From: Ostreococcus lucimarinus
Lineage: Eukaryota
Assembly: GCA_000092065.1 (NCBI GenBank)
Contig: CP000584.1
Reading direction: 5' to 3' (one strand)
Length of the DNA stretch: 64,000 bases
Below the pieces are notes generated by a model. The model was not told where the DNA came from, made no database searches, and worked only from the letters and a program-made list of their open reading frames with translations. Made by a program: the position numbers and the translations under genes. Position 1 is the first letter of the stretch. Each line of letters opens with the position of its first letter. This document shows positions 49,981 through 59,705 of the stretch, piece after piece.

Positions 49981-50823
49981 ATGACGACGAGCGCGAACAA
50001 ACGCGCGATGTTCGACACCCCCGCCGCGGTCGCGTCGGACGCGAAGCGCGCGCGACGCGCGCCGGGAACGCCGAAAACGCCGAACGATGGCGCGCGCGTC
50101 GAGCTCGCGCCGCGAACGCCGTGCGATGGCGATCGATTCGGCTCGCCCGCGACGCCGAAAACGGCGCGAGGGAAGGAAAACGATTGTTTGAAACGGCTCG
50201 GCGGCGCGGACGACGCGCGCGCGGCGGGCGCGCGGCGGAGGGGCGGCGGTATGCTTTCCCGCCAAAATGTGTTTCGATTGTTTTCAAATTTGCTGTCGAG
50301 CGGCGCGGCGAAGGGACCGACGGCGGAGGAGGAGATTCGGGCGCTGAAGGAGGCGTTGCGGGAAGCGCACGATCGTGTGGAGACGTTGAGCGAAGATAAA
50401 CGATTGGCGGAGAAGAATGCGCGGCAGATGGACTCGGAACGCGCGGCGCTGGCGAGCGAGCAAGTGGCGGTGCAGAAGACCGTGAGCGAGCTCGGTCGTG
50501 AACTTTTGGAAACGGCGAAGGAATCGTGGAGTATCCGTTCGGAATTGGCGATAAAGGATGCGGAGATCGAGCGTTTGCGTAAGAACAAAGGTGAGGCCAA
50601 GTCGTCGAAAGTTGACGCGAAGCCATCAAACGTTGAAGACGCGAGAGAGTTTATTTTCAACTACTTTGCAACCAAGCGATGCGACTCCGTCGGCATGGAC
50701 GAGCTCATGCGCGTGAAGCCTTCGGCTCTAAGCGACATGGATTTGTTTGCGGCCCTCGCGGAGCGCATCACGGACACCGCGTATCAAACCGCGTCGCACA
50801 TGGTCGTCGTCCATCAAATCTGA
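49981..50823 (+). CDS. Coiled-coil protein with KEN box and TP/SP sites (possible cell-cycle-regulated protein)
   Basis: It is 280 aa. The N-terminal half has TPKTP, SPATPKT and GKEND (KEN). The central part is coiled coil (EEIRALKEALREAHDRVETLSEDKRLAEKNARQMDSERAALASEQVAVQKTVSELGRELLETAKESWSIRSELAIKDAEIERLRKNKGE). The C-terminal block is EFIFNYFATKRCDSVGMDELM. The gene sits divergently from NSUN2. Confidence 0.5.
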   Translation: MTTSANKRAMFDTPAAVASDAKRARRAPGTPKTPNDGARVELAPRTPCDGDRFGSPATPKTARGKENDCLKRLGGADDARAAGARRRGGGMLSRQNVFRLFSNLLSSGAAKGPTAEEEIRALKEALREAHDRVETLSEDKRLAEKNARQMDSERAALASEQVAVQKTVSELGRELLETAKESWSIRSELAIKDAEIERLRKNKGEAKSSKVDAKPSNVEDAREFIFNYFATKRCDSVGMDELMRVKPSALSDMDLFAALAERITDTAYQTASHMVVVHQI

Positions 50824-50890
50824 CGGTCGCGCTCGTCCGTTTTTTGTTTGTTTGTTTTGCGTGTACCGCTCTCGCACTTCTTTGCTTGTG

Positions 50891-50895
50891 TGTAA
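50891..50895 (+). promoter_or_regulatory. Putative poly(A) signal TGTAA in convergent 3' spacer
   Basis: TGTAA lies 68 nt after the stop of the 49981..50823 gene. The reverse-strand TGTAA at 50937-50941 would serve AP4B. Confidence 0.35.
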
Positions 50896-50949
50896 TAATA
50901 TTATACTTTCTGTTTTATGCGCGGTTGGTGTGACAGTTACAGTTTGCGA

Positions 50950-53307
50950 CTAAGGAATCGATGACAACGCTTCGGCGAAGAGACGTTGAAACGCGACGAA
51001 ATTCGTCCCGCGGCCGTCGCACTTTGCCGTAAACGTCGCCGCACGCGCCGTGGCGTCGATGAGCGCTTCCACTAGAAAGATTTCGCGGTTTCCATTATCG
51101 ATGGCGTAGAAATAAAACTTCATCGCATTCGACGGTCCACCGCTCGCCATGGTGGCGACGCCTCGAGGTGCGAGATGTTGCGTAACTTGCGCCGCGCTCG
51201 CGAGCGCGTTCGATCGCAGCGTCGCTTGCAATCCCGTCGCCACCACTGCGGCGGACGTCCACTTCATTTGAAAGCTCGTCGAATCGAGCGCTGGTAGTGG
51301 ATCGAGCGCGAATACTGCCGGCGGCGCATCGACAGATTGGGGCGCCGCCGGTACGTCTACGTCGAGGAGCGAGAGCAAATCCACCGCCGAACCGCCGCTG
51401 GCGGACGCCTTTTCCTCGTCGGTGTCCCCCAGGTCAATCATATCCATCGAGTGGTCGATCAATGAGCCACCACCGCCCGCGGCGATGTCGTCCATTTCGT
51501 CGGCATCCACGCGCGCGCGACGAGTGAACGCGTCCGGGTCCACAAATTTCACTTCTGGACGTTCGTACAGCACGGACAATGTGTTGAATTCGTTGAACAC
51601 CTTGTCGAACGTCTCATCCTCTATCACGGTTTCTTTGAAGGTGTAAATCGGCGATGACTTATCACGCGAGTTCACTACTTTCTCCGCCGCGCGCACATCG
51701 CGCTCTAACAGGCGATAGTACAAACTGGCCAAGTCGCGCACTTCCTGGTTTGTGTCGCACGAGCCCGCAAGCAAGGCGGCGCCGAGCATCGCTTGCATCT
51801 CCGGTGCGCGCTTAAAGAAGAGCTTCATCGCGCTCGACAGCAGTTGTGATCGCACATTGGCGCTCGGCTCATCGCCAAAGTTTGTGAGTACAGGCTCGAT
51901 AAAGTACGGCGCGAGCGGAATATCTTCGCCGTACTCGCCATACATCCACACCAAGGCGCCGCGCGCGCGAGACGGGACGACGTCAATCAGATCGATGTTC
52001 TTGATCGCCTGAACGCACTGTACCGCGTACTTTGGACGCTTGCGCAAGACATTTACCACCGAAATGATCGTTTCCGCTGTCACGTGCTCGATGTCTAAAT
52101 CAAAGTATTGCAACAAGCGGTCGACGATGCCTTCCAAATCATCCGCCGCCGAGAGTGCGATTTCCCCCACCGCGCGCACGGCGGCGCGCGCAATACCGAT
52201 ATCCGCGTCGGTGACGTATTCAGTGAGTTCGGTGACGATGTCGTATGTGTTTTGCGCATCCGCGACGGCTACGAGCATCGAAAGCTTCAAACTCTTCACC
52301 GCCCCTGAATCGCTCCCGCGGAAATAAAAGTTCTTGTAATCAGTCGAGAACAAGATGGGGGCGCGTTTCACCAACAACCGCACGTGAGCCCACACCGCGT
52401 AGCTCGTTTCCACTGTTCCGCCGTTCGCTAGCGTGAACAACGGCGCCTTGATGCGCTCCAGCACCTGTTGATGCACGTCTGGCATCTCGAGCGTAATGTT
52501 CAAAAAAACCTTCACCGTGCCCAAAACGATGGCGGAATTCGGCGCGCTCAGCCTCGACTCGAGCGCGTTCATGATGTCAAAAGTCTCATCTTTGTTCTGA
52601 ATCTCATACGCCCCCACTAACTCCAAAATCAACGCCTGGTTCCACTCGCTAAACGATTTAATTCTATTAATCAAAGCGTACACGATGGGCTTCGTCGCCA
52701 ACGACTCGATCCCGTCAATCTCCCTCAACACGATCAAACAATTCCCCACCACTCCCGCGTCGGTATCGTTCACCAGCATTTCTCGCAGCGCATCCAGTAT
52801 CCCAGTCTCCCGCACCGCGCTTGGATTCAAATCGTACACCTTGAGCGCCCCCATCGCCGCCACCGCTCGCGGATACCCTCCGGCGTCTCTCAACCCCGCC
52901 ATCACGCACGCCGTCGCGTACTCGATCAAATCATCCACCCCTAATCCCGCGATGCTTCGTATCGCCAATCCCCGTATCGTTTCATTCGCGCTCGCGCAAT
53001 CTTTTTGCAGCGCGTTCACCGCCAGCGTCGCCAGTTCCCGTTCGCGCCGCGCGTGGTGGCAAATGTACGCGTAAATCAACTTCTTACACGCCACGTCCAC
53101 GGTGTGCGCGTTCAGCACGACGTCTGGGAACAGTTTAGACACGTCGACCGCGATCGTGAGCAGGTTCAGGACGCGTCGGAGGACGTGTCTGCGCTGCGCG
53201 TTCGCGCGGTCGTCGTCCGATTGTTTGGAGCTCAACAGTTTCAACGCTTTCGACAGCTCCGCGACGTCATCCGCGCGTTTCGACGGCGATTTCGCGGTCG
53301 ACGGCAT
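50950..53307 (-). CDS. AP4B: AP-4 adaptor complex subunit beta
   Basis: It is 785 aa, a size typical of AP-4 beta. The adaptin N-terminal trunk aligns along its length with AP4B1 (KLIYAYICHHARRE..LATLAVNALQKDC...IRGLAIRSIAGL; SEWNQALILELV; DIPLAPYFIEPVLTNFGDE; YYRLL). It has a single C-terminal ear. Confidence 0.85.
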   Translation of the reverse strand: MPSTAKSPSKRADDVAELSKALKLLSSKQSDDDRANAQRRHVLRRVLNLLTIAVDVSKLFPDVVLNAHTVDVACKKLIYAYICHHARRERELATLAVNALQKDCASANETIRGLAIRSIAGLGVDDLIEYATACVMAGLRDAGGYPRAVAAMGALKVYDLNPSAVRETGILDALREMLVNDTDAGVVGNCLIVLREIDGIESLATKPIVYALINRIKSFSEWNQALILELVGAYEIQNKDETFDIMNALESRLSAPNSAIVLGTVKVFLNITLEMPDVHQQVLERIKAPLFTLANGGTVETSYAVWAHVRLLVKRAPILFSTDYKNFYFRGSDSGAVKSLKLSMLVAVADAQNTYDIVTELTEYVTDADIGIARAAVRAVGEIALSAADDLEGIVDRLLQYFDLDIEHVTAETIISVVNVLRKRPKYAVQCVQAIKNIDLIDVVPSRARGALVWMYGEYGEDIPLAPYFIEPVLTNFGDEPSANVRSQLLSSAMKLFFKRAPEMQAMLGAALLAGSCDTNQEVRDLASLYYRLLERDVRAAEKVVNSRDKSSPIYTFKETVIEDETFDKVFNEFNTLSVLYERPEVKFVDPDAFTRRARVDADEMDDIAAGGGGSLIDHSMDMIDLGDTDEEKASASGGSAVDLLSLLDVDVPAAPQSVDAPPAVFALDPLPALDSTSFQMKWTSAAVVATGLQATLRSNALASAAQVTQHLAPRGVATMASGGPSNAMKFYFYAIDNGNREIFLVEALIDATARAATFTAKCDGRGTNFVAFQRLFAEALSSIP

Positions 53308-53479
53308 CGCGCGCGCGCGATTCTACCGCTCCGAAGCGATCGGGAGCGCGCGCGACGCGTCGCGTCGGTGACGCGCGACGATTTGTGCCGATGCGATTAC
53401 TCGCGACGCGCGACCAATCGCCGCAGAGCGAAGCGCGTCGACGTCGCGACGCGTCGCGCGCGCGCGGCGGCGTCGCGTC

Positions 53480-55123
53480 ATGTCGTTCGCGTCGATCGCG
53501 CGACGCGCGGGCGCGAGAGTCGCGCGCGCGACGAGAATCTCGAGCGTCGTCGAGGCTGGGACGAGTTGGCGATTCAACGCGCTGTCGACGGCGCGCGACG
53601 ACGACGACGCGCGCGGGCCGACGCCGACGTCGCCGCATCGACACCAAAAACTCGTGAACGTGCACGACGACGGCGGCGTCGGGCTGGGGGTGGATCTGGA
53701 CTACGACGACCGCGGCGCGGCGGGCGCGGGGAGCGCGGCGGGCCGGAGCGCGCAGTACGAGGAATACGTCTCGAGCCTCACCCCGCGACAAGCGAACGTG
53801 GTGATCGCGGCCGGAGACTTAGAGAAGGCGTCGGGAAAATATCGAGTAGAGGTGACGACGGGGCGAAATCGAGGCGCGGGGACGAGCGGGCGGGTGGAAT
53901 TGACGTTCGTCGGCGGCGACGGGTTGACGTATCCGGTGGCGCTGGAGTACGAAAGCGGGATAAATCCGACGTTTTCGAGGGCGTCGAGCCTGCCGTTTCG
54001 AATCGCGAGCAGCGCGAGATTGGGAGATTTGAAACGGACGCGCGTGCGATTGGTGCCTGAGCTCACGTCGGTTGGGCGGGGGTGGTTTTTGGAGGACATC
54101 AAGGTGACGTGCGAGAGCACGGGAGACGAATGGTTCTTTCCGTGTCATAGATGGTTCGGGCAGAGCGATGCGGGGGATGGGAAATCGGGGCCGTTTACGC
54201 AAGATCTCGAGGCGAAGTCACCGGATGAGATTCGCACGCCGTTGTGGATGGAAGGGGACATTCGTAAAGAACGCGGGGAATTTGAGTGCGTGGCGAGCGG
54301 CGCGGCGGTACCGCATCCGGAAAAGATGAAGCGCGAGGGCATGCGAGCGCTCGTGCGACGAACGCACGGACACGGAGGAGAGGACGCGTATTTCACCGCG
54401 CGTGGACCAGATAACACTATGGGCATGGGGATCGCCGACGGTGTGTACTTGTGGCGTTGGCAAGGTATCGACGCGGGCGAGTACAGTCGATTACTCATGA
54501 ACCACGCCGCCGAGGCGTTGCGGTCGGGGAAAGAGAATCGACCGACCGCCATGCTCACGCACGCGTACGAGCAAGTGACCGCGGCGGGCATGAAGGGAAG
54601 TACCACGGCGTGCGTGGTCGTCATCGATAGCGAACACGGTTTGCTATACGGCTCGAACGTCGGTGATAGCGGATTCATGCTCATTCGCGGCGAACGGGGG
54701 GCGCGATTTTGCGCGCATCGCAGCCCGCCGCAAGAGCACGATTTCGGCTGTCCATTTCAGCTCGGACATCACGAAGCGAGCGATAAGGCGAGCGATGCGA
54801 TGCGCACAAAGTTATATCTCGAACATGGCGACATCGTCGTCCTCGGTTCGGACGGGTTGTGGGATAACCTGAGCGAAGTCGAAGTGCTGGAGAGCGTCGA
54901 AGCGTCCGTCGCCGAGGGCGCGTCCATCGACGAGAGACTCATGGACGTCGCGGCGAGGAATTTGCTCTCGAAAGCGTACGAGGTGAGCATGGATAAATCG
55001 CGAACGACACCGTATTCTCTCGCCGCGACGGAGCATTTCGACATGGTGTATAGCGGCGGAAAGAAGGACGACATCAGCGTCGTCGTCTGCCACGCTCGAA
55101 TCGGGAACGGTGCCGATCGCTAG
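53480..55123 (+). CDS. PLAT/LH2-domain plus PP2C-family (PPTC7/SpoIIE-like) protein phosphatase fusion
   Basis: The PLAT domain is KYRVEVTTGRNRGAGTSGRVELTFVGGDG...RVRLVPELTSVGRGWFLEDIKV. The PP2C domain is GEDAYFTARGPDNTMGMGIADGVYLWRWQG..., ACVVVIDSEHGLLYGSNVGDSGFMLIRG and GDIVVLGSDGLWDNL. There is an N-terminal Arg/Ala presequence. Confidence 0.75.
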   Translation: MSFASIARRAGARVARATRISSVVEAGTSWRFNALSTARDDDDARGPTPTSPHRHQKLVNVHDDGGVGLGVDLDYDDRGAAGAGSAAGRSAQYEEYVSSLTPRQANVVIAAGDLEKASGKYRVEVTTGRNRGAGTSGRVELTFVGGDGLTYPVALEYESGINPTFSRASSLPFRIASSARLGDLKRTRVRLVPELTSVGRGWFLEDIKVTCESTGDEWFFPCHRWFGQSDAGDGKSGPFTQDLEAKSPDEIRTPLWMEGDIRKERGEFECVASGAAVPHPEKMKREGMRALVRRTHGHGGEDAYFTARGPDNTMGMGIADGVYLWRWQGIDAGEYSRLLMNHAAEALRSGKENRPTAMLTHAYEQVTAAGMKGSTTACVVVIDSEHGLLYGSNVGDSGFMLIRGERGARFCAHRSPPQEHDFGCPFQLGHHEASDKASDAMRTKLYLEHGDIVVLGSDGLWDNLSEVEVLESVEASVAEGASIDERLMDVAARNLLSKAYEVSMDKSRTTPYSLAATEHFDMVYSGGKKDDISVVVCHARIGNGADR

Positions 55124-55165
55124 CCTAGAGGAATTTGTGATAGAATCGCTTGCTCGCGTATTACA

Positions 55166-56212
55166 TTATACATCGTTCGAGACGACGTCAATCACGGTTA
55201 GATTCGTTTCCGCGCGCCAAACCTTACCCGGGGCCACGACGACCGGTCTCGAAACCGCCGCGCTCTCGACGCAACAAAAGTTTTTATAACACTCCTTCAT
55301 GTTCGTGTGCGGATTCCAAATCACCGTATCCGTCCACCCCGCGGTGTTTTCCACGCTCACCGCCGCCCCACTCCCGACGTGCAACAACGTCTCCGGCTCA
55401 GTATCAAGATACACGCGATCAACGAGATCTAACCCGAAGAACACGTCTCTCGAATCTTGCACTTTTTTCGGCGGATCGTTCGCGTCGACGTTCTTGTCCA
55501 GATACGTCTTTCCCGACAAACCGCGCGCGAACACCCCCGCGTTGGCACAATCCGTCACCTCGATGTACGTGTGAATAGCCGCGGTGAAATCAATCGCTTT
55601 TCCACTCGTTTCTTCGTTCGTATTCTTCACGCACAGCTCCATCTTCAGCTTCTCCCGTCTTAAAGTCACCTCGTACGTCGCCTCAAACGCTTCGTCCCAC
55701 ATCGCTCGCGTGTACTCGTTCGGCTTCAATCGCATCATCACCGCAGGTTCCGGATCATCCGGATTCACGTCCGCAGACGTTCCGATGACCTCCCAATCCA
55801 CGTTTCGCGCGAATCCGTGCTGTTGCATCGCGCCCGGGCCGAATTGCGGAAAGCACAACGGCGCGCCGCCGCCGATGGGCTTCGTCTTGTCGAACGCCGC
55901 GTCCGGGCGCACGTACAACACCTCATCCCCGCTCGGCTGCGTCCACGACGTCACCGTGGCGCCGAATAGGTACACGCGCGACGTGGATCCGTTTTTATGC
56001 GTCAGCAGCGCCGTCGGAAGGTCACCGCGACCGTTTTCGAACGTCACCGACCCCGGGATGGCAAACTTTTCATTCAACGCATCGATCGTTGACTTCGCGC
56101 TCGGCCCGATGGCGGACGCGCGGATCGCGCGAATCGACGGTGCGCGGTGCTTTTTATGCCTCGGATGCGTCGGCGCGGCGCGCGGCGACGCGCGAGCGCC
56201 GTTGGCGCGCAT
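55166..56212 (-). CDS. Glucose-6-phosphate 1-epimerase (aldose 1-epimerase-like, YeaD family)
   Basis: It contains VYLFGATVTSWTQPSGDEVLYVRPDAAFDKTKPIGGGAPLCFPQFGPGAMQQHGFARNVDWEV. The downstream conserved blocks are colinear with this family. There is an N-terminal presequence. Confidence 0.8.
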   Translation of the reverse strand: MRANGARASPRAAPTHPRHKKHRAPSIRAIRASAIGPSAKSTIDALNEKFAIPGSVTFENGRGDLPTALLTHKNGSTSRVYLFGATVTSWTQPSGDEVLYVRPDAAFDKTKPIGGGAPLCFPQFGPGAMQQHGFARNVDWEVIGTSADVNPDDPEPAVMMRLKPNEYTRAMWDEAFEATYEVTLRREKLKMELCVKNTNEETSGKAIDFTAAIHTYIEVTDCANAGVFARGLSGKTYLDKNVDANDPPKKVQDSRDVFFGLDLVDRVYLDTEPETLLHVGSGAAVSVENTAGWTDTVIWNPHTNMKECYKNFCCVESAAVSRPVVVAPGKVWRAETNLTVIDVVSNDV

Positions 56213-56332
56213 GAGGACGACGAAGACGCGCTTCGGAGTGACGTTTCGGCGTCAAACGGCGACGCATCTCCGCTCCGTCGCGCGCTTTTGACGACCGAGA
56301 TCGCGCGTCGTCGGTGGTGCGCGCGGTGAACG

Positions 56333-59300
56333 ATGTCGGTGACGCGATTGGCGCGCGTGGTGACGCCCGAACGCGACGAGAAGCAGTACAGAAGATGCCG
56401 CCTGAGCAATGGTTTGGAAGTGTTGCTGATTTCAGACGCGACGCTGTGCGGCGCGGACGACGACGGCGCCGGCGCGGGCGCGAGCGAGGACGATGGTTCG
56501 GCCAGCGAGGATGCGTCGGGGATGGATCACGACGAAGACACGGATGGGGAGGAGGAGGAGGGTGATGACGATTCCGACGACGGCGGCGGCTCGAGCGGCG
56601 GCGGAATGAAACTGGCGGCGTGTTCGATCGCGTTCGACGTCGGCTACTTCGCGGATACGGACGAGTGCGATGGGTTGTCGCACTTTCTCGAACACATGGT
56701 GTTTATGGGAAGCGAAAAGTACCCGGGGGAGAATTTCTTCGGCGAGTGGTTGAACGAGCACTGGGGCTCGGACAACGCGTCGACGGATAGCGAGAATACG
56801 ATTTTTTATTTCGAATGCAATCCGAAGAATCTACGAGAGGCGCTGGAGATATTCAGTGGGTTCTTTGTCAATCCGTTGGTGAAGCTGGACAGCGTCGATC
56901 GCGAGGTGACGGCGGTGGAGAGCGAGTTCGAGCGCGTGGTGAATAACGATACGGTGCGCGCCGAGTTGTTGTTATCGTCGCTGGCGGCGAAAGGGCACCC
57001 ATACACGAAATTTGGATGGGGTAACCGCGCGTCGTTGACACAAAGCCCGCCGTATAAGGAAGGTCGCATGCGTGACGTGTTGTTGGAGCACTGGAGAAGG
57101 CATTATCACGCCAAGCGCATGTCAATTGCGCTCGTCGGGGCGGAGGATTTGGACGAACTTGAGAGTTGGATCGTAGAGATTTTCGGTGACATGCGCGACG
57201 ACGGGGACGAAGTGATTGATTTAAACATCGCGCATTCTTCACCGTATGCGAACGCGGTACCCATCCGCGTGTTAACGGCGCAAGTGAAGGATGGTCAACA
57301 CGTTTCTATCACGCACGAACTCCCGGCTTGGACGCAAAAGAATTACAAGCACAAGTCGGCGACTTACATGGAGACCTTGATCGGACACGAAGGACACGGT
57401 TCTTTGTTTGCTGAGCTGAAGCGTCGAGGATGGGCGAGCGATTTGCGTTCGGGTGTGGGCGCAGGTGGGATTGATTCGTCTACCGCCGGCGCGCTCTTTG
57501 GCACTACGATCAAGCTCACGGATGATGGTTTGACTCACGTCGACGATGTCATCGGGCTGTTTTTCGCGTACGTCAATATGCTTCGCGCCAAAGGCCCGCA
57601 GGAGTGGTTTTGGAATGAAATCAAGCAATTGGCTGATATTGACTTTAGATTTCGCGAACCCGAAGACGCGAGCGAGTACTCTGAACGTTTGGTGGCAGAT
57701 ATTCGAAAGTACGCCCCCGAAGACATCTTGCGCGGAGCGGATTTATTTGAAACGTACAAGCCCGAAGAAATTCGAGAAATTATTGATTTGATGACGCCTC
57801 AAAAGGCCATCATCGTCGTGCAAAATCATGCGTGGAACGGCGAAGGCGAGAACGTTGAGCACGAGCGATGGATTAACTTTCCATACAAAAAGGAGGCTTT
57901 AGATTCGGCGCTGTTGGAGACTTGGGCAAACGCAGACGCGGGCGAGCGCTTACATTATCCATCACCGAACCCATACATTGCGAGTGATTTCAGGTTACGA
58001 TCACCGGCGAGCGAACACAAAGACGCGTTGTTTTCACCCACGATCGTGCACGATTGCAAAGTCAGTCGCATCTGGCATCGTCTTGATGACCGATTCAACC
58101 AGCCACGGTCGTGCATGTACTTTCAAGTATCGCTGCCGCACGTACCTGAGGGTGCATTCGGTATGATGTTGATCCAGCTTTTCGTCGCCATGGTGGAAGA
58201 TTGCGTGAACGAGTCCGTGTATTACCCTGCGCATCTTGCTGGAATGGAAGTCGACATCGGCGCGTCGGCTTCTTATTCTGGTTTCGTGCTCTCACTCGAA
58301 GGTTTGAGCGACAAGCTCGGCGAGGTCGCGTTGTCGTATTTCAAAACGATGACTTCGTTAAAGATCGACGCTGATCGATTCGAAAAGCGCAAAGAAGAAA
58401 GATTGCGAGACGTCCATAATCTGTGCTTGAATCCCGCTAGGCACGCAAAGCGCGCGCTCGAGGTATTGCTCAAGCAAAAGGACGCGACGCAAGAGGACAA
58501 AGCAAATGCACTCCAGGAGATGACCGCAGCGGATTTGCAAGCGTTTGCGGATGGAATTTGGCAGCATGCGCACGTCGAAAGTCTGATGATTGGCAACTTG
58601 ACAAAGGATGAAGCCTGCGACGTCGGCGAACGCATTCGCGCATGCCTTCCAGGCGCGCCGATTCCTGATAACAGCTGGCCGGAAACTCGCATCGCGCGCG
58701 TACCTCAGGGTGCGCACTTGTTTAGCATCAAGGCAATCAACGCTGACGAGACGAATAACGTGGTGCTGTACTATTTTCAGCTCGGTGAGAGCACGTGGCG
58801 AGGTCGGGCGTTCATCATTTTGATGCAATCGCTCATGCACGAAAAACTCTTCGACCAGCTCAGAACGAAGGAGACTCTCGGCTATAGCGTGAGCTGCTCG
58901 TTTGACTCGACGCATGAAATCTTGGGTTATCGAGTTTCCGTCGAGTCCGCGTTCCACCCGCCGCATTTCGTTTCGAGTCGCATGGCAGCCTTCTTGCGAT
59001 CATTTCCCGAGATCCTTGACAACATGGATGACGCTTCTTATGAAAAGACTCGCCAAAGCGTCGTCGATGATATATTGGCAGACGATGTCAACTTACGCGA
59101 AGAAGCCATACGACACTGGGCGCATCTCGTGAATCAAAAGTACCAGTTTCATCGCGGTCGTCATGTGGCGCAAATAATCTCCGAAATCTCAAAGCGAGAG
59201 GCGGCAGATTGGTGCCGAGAGTTCATTCAGCCATTCGCACCTGGAAGTAGACACGTGAGCGTGCACATTCACGCAAAGAATCATCCAGTACCGGCAAACG

Positions 59301-59632
59301 GATCCGAGCACGCCTTGGGCATGGGAGACGCGCATTTTGACATCTCCGCGGAATTGAAAAACGTGTGGGGACTGCTCCCTCAACAAGGATGCGCCACGGC
59401 CGTCGAAGAGCTCATCATGCCGGACTCATCAAGCGGCACGATACATCGCGCAGTTGCGCGAACTGGTCAGAATTTGGACGCGGATACGGAATCGACGCAA
59501 GATAAATCTTTAAGTTTACGTTCGCAGTGGGCGGCGGATCTTGCCGAGATGCGCTCTGAATGCGGAGCTTCGTGTGCGTGCAGAAGAGCCAAGACCGGGC
59601 CGGTGTTCGTGTTACCCACGCCGAAAAAGTAA
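56333..59632 (+). CDS. Peptidase M16A family, nardilysin/insulysin-like, with acidic insertion
   Basis: It has the inverted zinc motif HFLEHMVFMGSEKYPGENFF and, downstream, ...DNASTDSENTIFYFE and DREVTAVESEFE. A ~60-aa Asp/Glu/Gly-rich insertion lies between the N-terminal beta-strand (LEVLLISD) and the catalytic segment, as in nardilysin. The protein is 1099 aa with four M16 half-domains. Confidence 0.85.
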   Translation: MSVTRLARVVTPERDEKQYRRCRLSNGLEVLLISDATLCGADDDGAGAGASEDDGSASEDASGMDHDEDTDGEEEEGDDDSDDGGGSSGGGMKLAACSIAFDVGYFADTDECDGLSHFLEHMVFMGSEKYPGENFFGEWLNEHWGSDNASTDSENTIFYFECNPKNLREALEIFSGFFVNPLVKLDSVDREVTAVESEFERVVNNDTVRAELLLSSLAAKGHPYTKFGWGNRASLTQSPPYKEGRMRDVLLEHWRRHYHAKRMSIALVGAEDLDELESWIVEIFGDMRDDGDEVIDLNIAHSSPYANAVPIRVLTAQVKDGQHVSITHELPAWTQKNYKHKSATYMETLIGHEGHGSLFAELKRRGWASDLRSGVGAGGIDSSTAGALFGTTIKLTDDGLTHVDDVIGLFFAYVNMLRAKGPQEWFWNEIKQLADIDFRFREPEDASEYSERLVADIRKYAPEDILRGADLFETYKPEEIREIIDLMTPQKAIIVVQNHAWNGEGENVEHERWINFPYKKEALDSALLETWANADAGERLHYPSPNPYIASDFRLRSPASEHKDALFSPTIVHDCKVSRIWHRLDDRFNQPRSCMYFQVSLPHVPEGAFGMMLIQLFVAMVEDCVNESVYYPAHLAGMEVDIGASASYSGFVLSLEGLSDKLGEVALSYFKTMTSLKIDADRFEKRKEERLRDVHNLCLNPARHAKRALEVLLKQKDATQEDKANALQEMTAADLQAFADGIWQHAHVESLMIGNLTKDEACDVGERIRACLPGAPIPDNSWPETRIARVPQGAHLFSIKAINADETNNVVLYYFQLGESTWRGRAFIILMQSLMHEKLFDQLRTKETLGYSVSCSFDSTHEILGYRVSVESAFHPPHFVSSRMAAFLRSFPEILDNMDDASYEKTRQSVVDDILADDVNLREEAIRHWAHLVNQKYQFHRGRHVAQIISEISKREAADWCREFIQPFAPGSRHVSVHIHAKNHPVPANGSEHALGMGDAHFDISAELKNVWGLLPQQGCATAVEELIMPDSSSGTIHRAVARTGQNLDADTESTQDKSLSLRSQWAADLAEMRSECGASCACRRAKTGPVFVLPTPKK

Positions 59633-59705
59633 AGGCACAAGTTAGATGGATTTAGGTTGAGAATTTTTAAAATGAATTGATTGTGAATCGCTAATGTACA
59701 TTCGA

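Noticed and set aside
49810-50265. Upstream extension of the NSUN2 ORF to 50265, adding ~150 aa to the N-terminus.
   Set aside because: The extension is Arg-rich low-complexity sequence, has no counterpart in NSUN2 orthologs, and overlaps a well-formed plus-strand gene (49981..50823). The conserved NSUN2 N-terminus begins right after the Met at 49809.
55162-55166. TGTAA (minus strand) immediately abutting the stop codon of the epimerase gene, a possible poly(A) signal.
   Set aside because: It overlaps the stop codon itself (TAATGTAA), which is too close to be assigned confidently as a processing signal. It is noted but not reported as a feature.
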